Shown in pieces: positions 35,972 to 46,175 of a stretch of DNA of 64,000 nucleotides. The notes under the pieces are model-generated. The model was not told where the DNA came from and did not search any database. It worked only from the letters and a program-made list of their open reading frames with translations. Location of the stretch: the NCBI GenBank assembly GCA_002269645.1, contig NIVC01000302.1:316303-380302 (forward strand), written 5' to 3'. The DNA comes from Macrostomum lignano. Taxonomy: Eukaryota. Position numbers and translations under genes: made by a program. Within the stretch, counting starts at the first letter, position 1, and every line of letters begins with the position of its first letter.

Positions 35972-38588
35972 TCAGTCGTCATCCTCTTCTCCGCGAGGCA
36001 TGCCCTTGCCCTTGCCCTTGCTCTTGCCCTCGGAGCCGCGCTTTTTGTTGAGCCTGCAATATTTGGGGGGCAGCGTGGTTCAGTATGGTTCAGTATGGTT
36101 CAGTATGTTTCAGTATGGTTCAGTATGGTTCAGCATGGTTCAGTATGTTTCAGTATGGTTCAGTATGGTTCAGCATGGTTCAGTATGGTTCAAAATGGTT
36201 CAGTATGGTTCAGTATGGTTCAGTATGGTTCAGTATGGCTCATTTGATGGAGATGTAGGGTTTACTCACACAAGGAGATGTAGGGTTTACTCACACAAGG
36301 CTGTAGTTGATGGAGATGTAGGGTTTACTCACACAAAGGCTGTAGTTGATGGAGATGCAGGGTTTACTCACACAAGGCTGTAGTTGATGGAGATGCAGGG
36401 TTTACTCACACAAGGCTGTAGTTGATGGAGATGCAGGGTTTACTCACACAAAGGCTGTAGTTGATGGAGATGCAGGGTTTACTCACACAAAGGCTGTAGT
36501 TGATGGAGATGCAGGGTTTACTCACACAAGGCTGTAGTTGATGGAGATGTAGGGTTTACTCACACAAGGCTGTAGTTGATGGAGATGCAGGGTTTACTCA
36601 CACAAGGCTGTAGTTGATGGAGATGCAGGGTTTACTCACACAAGGCTGTAGTTGATGGAGATGCAGGGTTTACTCACACAAGGCTGTAGTTGATGGAGAT
36701 GTAGGGTTTACTCACACAAGGCTGTAGTTGATGGAGATGTAGGGTTTACTCACACAAGGCTGTAGTTGATGGAGATGCAGGGTTTACTCACACAAGGCTG
36801 TAGTTGATGGAGATGTAGGGCTTACTCACACAAGGCTGTAGTTGATGGAGATGTAGGGTTTACTCACACAAGGCTGTATAGTTGATGGAGATGTAGGGTT
36901 TACTCACACAAAGGCTGTAGTTGATGGAGATGCAGGGTTTACTCACACAAGGCTGTAGTTGATGGAGATGCAGGGTTTACTCACACAAGGCTGTATAGTT
37001 GATGGAGATGTAGGGTTTACTCACACAAAGGCTGTAGTTGATGGAGATGCAGGGTTTACTCACACAAGGCTGTAGTTGATGGAGATGCAGGGTTTACTCA
37101 CACAAAGGCTGTAGTTGATGGAGATGCAGGGTTTACTCACACAAGGCTGTAGTTGATGGAGATGTAGGGTTTACTCACACAAGGCTGTAGTTGATGGAGA
37201 TGTAGGGTTTACTCACACAAGGCTGTAGTTGATGGAGATGTAGGGTTTACTCACACAAGGCTGTATAGTTGATGGAGATGTAGGGTTTACTCACACAAGG
37301 CTGTAGTTGATGGAGATGTAGGGTTTACTCACACAAGGCTGTATAGTTGATGGAGATGTAGGGTTTACTCACACAAGGCTGTAGTTGATGGAGATGTAGG
37401 GTTTACTCACACGAGGCTGTATTTGATGGAGATGTAGGGTTTACTCACACAAGGCTGTAGTTGATGGAGATGTAGGGTTTACTCACACGAGGCTGTATTT
37501 GATGGAGATGTAGGGCTCCGGGCAGCAATCGTAGTAGGTTTCGACCCTCTTGGCGGTGGCTCTGGCCACGTCCCAACCGGCCAGAGGCTCAAAATCGGCG
37601 ATATTGAAGGGGCTGGAGCTCAGCGTCGTGTTCAGCAAGAGTCCGCTGTACACCCAGCTGCCCAGCACCGGGCGGCAGCTCATCGACTGGTTTCGCAGAC
37701 GGTCGCAGGGAGCCCGCAGCCTGGCCGGCAGTACGTAGATGACGTCAGAGCTGCTCATGGCGACCACTCGGACTGGGGAGACCCGGTCCGGTATGTAGTT
37801 CCCACTGAGGTGGTCGGGTGGCGGAGGGAATACTTTGTAATGATGGAGCAGAGCGGGCAGATGGAAGCTTTATCTTAGAAGCCTGTCACGAGACACTTAC
37901 GCATGGAAAGGTCGAACATCCGGAATCCACAGCAGATCGGAGGGCAGGGCGATCTGGCTCAGACCACCGAATTCGGCCGGGTCCCAGCTGAGTCTCGGGT
38001 CCTTCCAGAACTGCGGAGTGGCGATTGAGAATAAGAGAGTCTCCCACGTTTTCAGGCCCGAGAATCTCTGCCAGCTCGTCCGCTACCGAAGGGCTACCGG
38101 GCGAGCAACCATCCACCTGCTGGACTCTTCGGAGGGGGACCGCGCTGCGGACACCTCTGTGTCCCGGTTTCTCCATCAGCAACCCCTCAACACGAAACCT
38201 TCAATCGTCCTGGGCCCCCACCTACGCTCGAGTGTGAAGAGAATTCTCTCACCATCTGGATCCACACGTCCATCTCAGCAGACGATTCCTTCAGTGACGC
38301 CACTCGCAGCAGAGACAGGCCCAGAGACAAGTCCACTGTCTGGCTTCCGTTGCCGGGAGCGATAGGCCGAGCGATGGAGCCAGTTTTGCCCAACCGCCTC
38401 AGCAGGTAGCTCGCAAGTCGGTCTTCATCGGATTGGCCTAAGGCGATGGCATGACAAAGCAACAATGAAGTTTGAATTCAAACTGCTCAGAAGCATAAAA
38501 TAGTTACGACAAACATTTAAGCTAGATCACCTTGCACCAGACAGGTGGACGCGGCCAGCAGCAGCAGGAGGGCAAGAGAATTCTTCAT
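35972..38588 (-). CDS. Acetylcholine-binding-protein-like secreted Cys-loop ligand-binding domain (250 aa, no TM helices)
   Basis: Exons 38588-38531, 38437-38253, 38010-37901, 37804-37487, 36053-35972, phase-consistent; signal peptide; DVWIQM|FWKDPRLSWDP, WIPDV, GSWVYSG, YYDCCPEPY; stop after a short charged tail and AATAAA ~42 nt downstream (35925-35930). Confidence 0.85.
36076..36240. repeat. 10-bp tandem repeat (cagtatggtt)
   Basis: About 16 copies in the AChBP-like intron 4. Confidence 0.95.
36241..37515. repeat. 38-bp minisatellite made of the exon 4 end plus 5' splice site of the AChBP-like gene, ~33 copies
   Basis: Sense-strand unit ccctacatctccatcaactacagccttgt|gtgagtaaa equals the last 29 nt of exon 4 plus the first 9 nt of the intron. 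Confidence 0.95.
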
Positions 38589-39274
38589 GACCTTCTTTTG
38601 GTCGAAAATGATGTTGAACTTCTTGCCTGTAAAACAGGCTCGCATTTATGCACGTCTGATGTAAACAAACCGGACCTCCCAGGTGTCACAGAATATCACC
38701 ATCGCTAGAGAACGGCTTCGCCAGCTTTTCATGTTGGAATTTTCCAGTTTATTTACCGAATTTCGGCTTTGAGCGACTTATTTTAGATTTTGACGATTTT
38801 AATCAGCCCAGGGACCGCAGCTGCTGTCAATCAACTTATTGTTTATAACCAGATTTTACGGTTAAGGGCTTGTTCTGACTACTTGCATGACTGCAGGTAA
38901 CTCAGCATCACCTGCTTAGCTTTGCTGATGTGAAAAGCATAAATTGACCCAATATTACACTTACATGTAGGCTCTGATTGCTCAAAACTTTTACTGTATT
39001 TCACTTTATCTTTAGGAATTCCAGAATCTGATGGAAAATTTGTGGTCTTTTAAATGAATAACATTGAACATTCTAATTACTATCTAAACCTATCTTTTTC
39101 AGCCGAGAAAATGAACCAGCAAGAAAAATTGAACTTTTTCCTCCACAAATTGAAATTTGGCAGTTCAGCCGCTGCTGCAGCGGGGCTTGGGAGGTGCTGG
39201 CGCGGACCCAGCTACAGCCTAAACATTTGATCAGCAAAAAGCTCGCAAACTAAGACGGATTGTCTGTTCAATCG

Positions 39275-40852
39275 GCCCCATCGCATTTCAAACACTGAAT
39301 CCATTTTCTGTTCAATCATCTGCATTGCATTTCAAACACTGAATCCATTTTCTGTTCAATCGGCCCCATCGCATTTCAAACACTGATCCATTTTCTGTTC
39401 AATCATCTGCATTGCATTTCAAACACTGATCCATTTTCTGTTCAATCATCTGCATTGCATTTCAAACACTGATCCATTTTCTGTTCAATCATCTGCATTG
39501 CATTTCAAACACATCATTTTCTGTTCAATCATCTGCATTGTATTTCAAACACTGATCCATTTTCTGTTCAATCATCTGCATTGCATTTCAAACACTGATC
39601 CATTTTCTGTTCAATCATCTGCATTGCATTTCAAACACTGATCCATTTTCTGTTCAATCGGCCCCATCGCATTTCAAACACTGATCCATTTTCTGTTCAA
39701 TCATCTGCATTGCATTTCAAACACTGATCCATTTTCTGTTCAATCATCTGCATTGCATTTCAAACACTGAATCCATTTTCTGTTCAATCATCTGCATTGC
39801 ATTTCAAACACATCATTTTCTGTTCAATCATCTCCATTGCATTTCAAACACATCATTTTCTGTTCAATCATCTCCATTGCATTCAAACACATCATTTTCT
39901 ATTCAATCATCTCCATTGCATTTCAAACACATCATTTTCTGTTCAATCATCTGCATTGTATTTCAAACACATCATTTTCTGTTCAATCGGCTTCATTGCA
40001 TTTCAAACACTGAATCCATTTTCTGTTCAATCGGCCCCATCGCATTTCAAACACTGAATCCATTTTCTGTTCAATCGGCTTCATTGCATTTCAAACACTG
40101 ATCCATTTTCTGTTCAATCATCTGCATTGCATTTCAAACACTGAATCCATTTTCTGTTCAATCATCTGCATTGCATTCAAACACATCATTTTCTGTTCAA
40201 TCATCTGCATTGCATTTCAAACACATCATTTTCTGTTCAATCGGCTTCATTGCATTTCAAACACTGAATCCATTTTCTGTTCAATCGGCCCCATCGCATT
40301 TCAAACACTGATCCATTTTCTGTTCAATCGGCTTCATTGCATTTCAAACACTGATCCATTTTCTGTTCAATCATCTCCATTGCATTTCAAACACTGAATC
40401 CATTTTCTGTTCAATCATCTGCATTGCATTTCAAACACTGATCCATTTTCTGTTCAATCATCTGCATTGCATTTCAAACACTGAATCCATTTTCTGTTCA
40501 ATCATCTCCATTGCATTTCAAACACTGATCCATTTTCTGTTCAATCATCTCCATTGCATTTCAAACACTGATCCATTTTCTGTTCAATCATCTGCATTGC
40601 ATTTCAAACACTGAATCCATTTTCTGTTCAATCATCTGCATTGCATTTCAAACACATCATTTTCTGTTCAATCATCTCCATTGCATTTCAAACACATCAT
40701 TTTCTGTTCAATCATCTCCATTGCATTCAAACACATCATTTTCTGTTCAATCATCTCCATTGCATTTCAAACACATCATTTTCTGTTCAATCATCTGCAT
40801 TGTATTTCAAACACATCATTTTCTGTTCAATCGGCTCCATTGCATTTCAAAC
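39275..40852. repeat. Minisatellite, 42-44 bp unit (cattgcatttcaaacactgatccattttctgttcaatcatctg), ~37 copies
   Basis: Tandem array between MED20 and the AChBP-like ATG, possibly within a 5' UTR intron (acceptor-like ttttacag near 38630). Confidence 0.97.
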
Positions 40853-40967
40853 GCTCCAGTTGAGACCAGAACTCTATTTGTACAACAAATACACTTGCAA
40901 AGTGCACCGGACCGCATCAGCAGCCAATCAAGTCACCCATGCTTCTCGGTATACATTCTGCCAGAGG

Positions 40968-41270
40968 GGGGCGAAGCCAAGTGGTCAAGCGCGGCGCTCT
41001 GATATGCCAGCGGCCCAGGCTCGATTCCAAGTGCCGTCACATTAATTTGTGGTTAAATTAGAATCTCGGCTTGGCTCTGCTCGTGCAATTAACGGCCTTG
41101 AGAGCCAACCCCCAAGGCACAGTGAAGTGTACATGCCTAATGATAAAATAAAGTTAGGGCCGCTGTACACTCCTGTGTGAGTGTGTGCCTGCGTACGTAT
41201 CCGCGCGCTTGTGTGCCTGCTCAGGGGAGGCAGTAATGCCTCTCGCCTGTTGTGCCACAATGTCGCTTAA
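40968..41270 (+). mobile_element. tRNA-derived SINE family A, most complete copy
   Basis: Head ggggcgaagccaagtggtcaagcgcgg...ggctcgattcc (A and B boxes), hairpin body, 3' end gtcgcttaag shared with the 61712 copy. Confidence 0.8.
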
Positions 41271-41489
41271 GGCTCGTTCACACTGCTATCAAATAAGGCA
41301 AGATCTGTTATTATAAAGACCCTAGCAAGACAGACTTAACACGACGCTGCGATAGTTCGGCATTGTGCAAGCGGCGCGCTTCAATAAAAAAGCCTGCTGA
41401 TTAAAGTCAGTTGTATTTTAAGCTGACAGAGTACTAACCAAACTGTACACACTAGTTGCTCAGTCCAAAGAAATGCTTTCTACTTTGAT

Positions 41490-43160
41490 TCAGCGTCCAA
41501 TTAGCTGACTTGGCGGTCCAGGCAGGGGGGCGCGGCCCCAGGACTGCTGCTGCTGCATGGAGACGGGCACTGCAGCATCGGCTGCGGAGGATGGCGCAAC
41601 AGCTGATCTCATCTGCTGTCTGGAAGAGCCCAGCTGATAGGCGAGCAGCAGGTATTGCTGTACAGTGACGGGATAGGTGTAGTCGATCGGTCCGGTAGCG
41701 GCCTGGGCCTGCAGGTGAGCCTGCAGAGCTTCGTTCGGATGTTCAACAGCGAAGGCGCGGTCGGGGAAAACTCCGCTGAAAAACTCTTTCAACAATGGCC
41801 AGCCGAATTGCAGCCGGTTGCAGGGCCGGTACTCCGCTTCGACAAATACGCCTTTGACGCTGTTCGACTGCAGAGGTTGGTGGTTAACAGCATGTTGCCG
41901 GTTGTGCAATCATGTTGGATAGCAACTTTGTTGTGAGGGATCTGAGAGCGATCCCAGATAGGGGCACTGGAGGAGACTCTAGATGCAGCTGTTAGATTAG
42001 AGGGCGATTCTAGATGCAGCTGTTGGATTAGAGGGCGATTCTAGATGCAGCTGTTGGATTAGAGGGCGATTCTAGATGCAGCTGTTGGATTAGAGGGCGA
42101 TTCTAGATGCAGCTGTTGGATTAGAGGGCGATTCTAGATGCAGCTGTTGGATTAGAGGGCGATTCTAGATGCAGCTGTTGGATTAGAGGGCGATTCTTGA
42201 TGCAGCTGTTGTTGGATTAGAGGGCGATTCTTGATGCAGCTGTTGTTGGATTAGAGGGCGATTCTTGATGCAGCTGTTGTTGGATTAGAGGGCGATTCTT
42301 GATGCAGCTGTTGTTGGATTAGAGGGCGATTCTTGATGCAGCTGTTGGATTAGAGGGCGATTCTTGATGCAGCTGTTGGATTAGAGGGCAGCTAGATGCA
42401 GCTGTTGCTGGATTAGAGGGCGATTCTAGATGCAGCTGTTGGATTAGAGGGCAGCTAGATGCAGCTGTTGCTGGATTAGAGGGCGATTCTAGATGCAGCT
42501 GTTGGATTAGAGGGCGATTCTAGATGCAGCTGTTGGATTAGAGGGCGATTCTAGATGCAGCTGCTAGACTAAGGGGTGATTCTAGATTAAGGGATGATTC
42601 TAAATGGAGAACCAGAGGCTATCCAAGCTGCATGCATCAGAAGATCAGGGAGAACACATTATAATTAAACGCAATCTAATAGAGCCACTCGCCTGTCCGA
42701 ACACGGCCGTGGCCAGCCGGACAGTGAAATCGGCCAGCCGGTATTTCGGACCCCGGCAGTGCACAGCCTGGCCGGGCTTGGCCTGGTACAGGGCGCGCAG
42801 CTGGCCAAGCAGCAGGCCGAACATGGAGTCGGCGCTGACTAGCGGGCCGGCCGCGGCTTCAATTGAAGATCCCGACGGCAAAATATAGGACGACACCGGC
42901 GCCTCCGATGAGGCCACAACGTGAAGAGTGCGCGGCTGCGGCTGCTGCTGGGAGGCCGGCTGCTGCTGTTGCTGCTGCTGCTGTACAGGCGTGTACACCT
43001 CCATGTCCAGACTGAACTGTCCGGACTCGCGCTCAGCGCCTAGGCGTTCTAGACGGCCAGACAGATCCTCGATTAGTTGCTGTCCGGACAGAGCTGGGCC
43101 GCTTGACAACGGCTGCTCACCGGCTGAGCCGGACTCAATGAAAGCCACAACAGTGACGCC
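41490..43160 (-). CDS. MED20: Mediator complex subunit 20
   Basis: Exons 43160-42693 and 41867-41490; (M)GVTVV..LERLGAE..GQFSLDMEVY, GPKYRLADFTVRL, KGVFVEAEYRPC; intron has a GC donor (CAG|gcgagt); start Met not found in cis. Confidence 0.85.
41975..42600. repeat. Minisatellite, 31-34 bp unit (gattagagggcgattctagatgcagctgttg), in the MED20 intron
   Basis: About 19 copies. Confidence 0.97.
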
Positions 43161-43234
43161 CTGGAGTTTACAAATTTATACGTGAATTTTCTTTGCACCT
43201 TTTTAGAGAATTATTATTATTATTAACTGATTAC

Positions 43235-43420
43235 ACCTGGGCAGGACTGGAGGGTCGTCACACCCTCAATTACCCTAGCTAATGCTGGCACCCATTTTAC
43301 AGCTGGGTGAACTGAAGCAATGCAGAGTTAATTGTCTCGCTCAAGGGCACAAATTGTTCCAGTAGGATCGGGAATCGAACCCCCGACCTTCCTGTCCGAC
43401 GTCCATTGTCGATTGACCAC
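43235..43420 (-). mobile_element. tRNA-derived SINE family B
   Basis: Reverse complement ggggttcgattcccg...ccttgagcgagacaattaactctgcattgcttcagttcacccagctgtaaaatgggtgccagcattagct matches 31040-31200. Confidence 0.8.
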
Positions 43421-44356
43421 GCGTGCAAGATTTCATTCCTGCACACTTATGCGTGCAGGATTGTAAGATAAGAACTGAGGACCAATAGATAAAGTAGACA
43501 GTATACTATCGTGGAATTTAATGTTCTTCAGGCCGTCTCGCTTACTGTACATTTCACAGCCATCAATTATCGATCGTGCCCTAGATCCACCTCCCCCAAG
43601 CCCTTCTGCGTCTGCCATAAAATATTTTCTACCCTTAGCCGCGCCTCTCTGTCTGACACCCCCTTCCGTGCACAGCCAGCCCGAAAAATTAAGTTTTTTA
43701 AATCTACCTCCTAGACCTTATCCGATCGAGATTCATACCAGAGAGAGAGGGGCCCTCTGACATAGTCAATTATTTTGATAAGCGCAGCATTTTGATAAAA
43801 ATTCTTAATGTTACTATTTCGCCCCCTTGACCCCTCTCTATGCACTCACTCAAATTTATGATGCAACTTAATAGTCAATCGACAATGGGATTCCAGACAA
43901 CGTGCCTGAGTACAGTATTGGCGCCTGTGTGCTCAGGAGTCTGCGGAATGGGCAGAATTTCCGTCATTGCTAATTAAGGGTCGGTAAACAAGTATCGAGT
44001 GCTGCCATGCAAAACAGGTAAAGTAAATAAATTTTTTAAATCGAATAGCTCAGATAGGGTCATCGGACTGGGCCGCGACATAACTGCCATTTTTCTCTTC
44101 ACGCTTTTTTATTGATTCACTCTGTCACTGATCCTACTTCCACAAGTTCAATCAAGACACAACAGTAACAGGATAGAAGAAACCAGTAATATTTATACAG
44201 TAGCTTACTAACAAAATTGCCAATAAGATGGAATACGAAGCTTTTTTAGACAATTAAAAAATAATAAAGCGGATGCGCGCACTCACTACTGCTATCAGTA
44301 GTTGAATCAGATTTTCTAGGTAATGCAGATTAATTATTAATTAAAGAGTTGAGAAG

Positions 44357-44572
44357 CTACATAGGCGGCGGGGCGGCATCGCTGATGGGGCTGATGATGC
44401 TGAGCAGAGTGACTGGCGGATGGCCGGGCTCAGAGCCTTGCATGTAGCCCAGCACCATGACTAGCGGGATGTAGCCGTAGTAGAAGGCCAGTCGGCACAG
44501 GCCAACCAGGTTCATGATGCGCTTAGCGATGGTCTGAGTGACTGACATGTCCGGGTTCGAATTTCTGAGCAT
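44357..44572 (-). CDS. TOMM7: Mitochondrial import receptor subunit TOM7
   Basis: AFYYGYIPLVMVLGYMQGSEPGHPPVTLLSII matches the Tom7 motif xGFIPLVIYLGxxxGxxPGxP; start at 44572 or 44548. Confidence 0.85.
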   Translation of the reverse strand: MLRNSNPDMSVTQTIAKRIMNLVGLCRLAFYYGYIPLVMVLGYMQGSEPGHPPVTLLSIISPISDAAPPPM

Positions 44573-44664
44573 GAATGTGCGCGCGATTTTTATATTATTA
44601 ATATACTAATACAAAATATTCATAGCGACATACAATCCCAAACAAAAAATCAAATGGGATAAAA

Positions 44665-45115
44665 TCCCTAAAGTTACCCCGGCCAGCAGGACAAAATCCC
44701 TAATGGGATAAGATCCCTGATGAGATAAGATCCCTAATGGGATGAGATCCCTAGTGAGATAAAATCCCTAATGGGATAAGATCCCTAATGAGATAAGCCC
44801 TAATGGGATAAGATCCCTAATGAGATTAATGGGATAAGATCCCTAATGAGATTAATGGGATAAGATCCCTAATGAGATAAGATCCATAATTGAATGAGAT
44901 CCCTAATGAGATAGGATCTCTAATGGGATAAGATCCCTAATGGGATAAGATCCCTAATTGGATAAGATCTCTAATGGGATAAGATCCCTAATGGGATAAG
45001 ATCCCTAATTGGATAAGATCCCCAATGAGATAAGATTCCTAATGGGATAAGATCCCTAATGGGATGAGATCCCTAATGAGGTAAGATCCCCAATGGATAA
45101 GATACATAATTAGAC
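44665..45115. repeat. Minisatellite, 17-bp unit (taatgggataagatccc)
   Basis: Tandem array upstream of TOMM7. Confidence 0.95.
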
Positions 45116-45641
45116 AAAATCCAAAGCCATCATATATATATCTCTAATAGAATAAAATCTCATCCTAATGCCTAATAGGATAAAATGGAACCAACCAGTG
45201 ATTACACCCGCAGTGCTATCAGCAGTCGCAATCTCGCAGTTCGCAATCAGACCAGGTCAAAGGATATATTTATTGTACAATAAAACTGGTTCCAACGAGT
45301 ACACGCTAATAGGATGAAGACGAAAATGCATAATTATAAATAAACTATTAGTTTCAACCAGACAATACGGTAGCAGGTTTACATAAGAATACTCTATTAT
45401 AAAATAATTTAACTAACCAGCCAGCAACTGCAGCGTACAGCACACTGTTGCATTGCATAAATGCTGGGTTTTTATTAAAGCACACAAAAAGGCATACCAC
45501 TGTAGCTAAAATGGCTCAGTAGGTATATTAACAATAGCCATTCTACACAAATATTCAATAGTTCCCTAAATTATTTTCAGCATCAAAATACTACACTTCG
45601 ACAGTTTGAAAACGTACGAGTAGTTAGGCCAAGCTTGAGGA

Positions 45642-46075
45642 TGGAACTCACTCTGGAACTGATTCCGAACTCACTCGAACTGATTCCGAACTCACTCTGG
45701 AACTGATTCCGAACTCACTCGAACTGATTCCGAACTCACTCGAACTGATTCCGAACTCACTCGAACTGATTCCGAACTCACTCGAACTGATTCCGAACTC
45801 ACTCTGGAACTGATTCCGAACTCACTCTGGAACCAATTCCGAACTCACTCTGGAACCAATTCCGAACTCACTCTGGAACCAATTCTAAACGCACTCTGGA
45901 ACCAATTCCGAACTCACTCTGGAACCAATTCCAAACTCACTCTGGAACCAATTCCGAACTCACTCTGGAACCAATTCCGAAGTCACTCTGAAACAAATTC
46001 CGAAATCGGTCTGGAACCAATTCCAAACTCACTCTGGAACCAATTCCGAACTCGGTCTGGAACCAATTCTGAACT
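45642..46075. repeat. Minisatellite, 21-23 bp unit (ggaactgattccgaactcactct)
   Basis: Tandem array just downstream of the NVL stop codon. Confidence 0.95.
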
Positions 46076-46175
46076 GTGAAATCAACTCCCTCAATTTTTG
46101 CACAAAGTTGAATTCGCGCGCAAAAATATCTAGCTATAAGAGCAATCCGTTATCGATCGATAATCGCATCCAATT

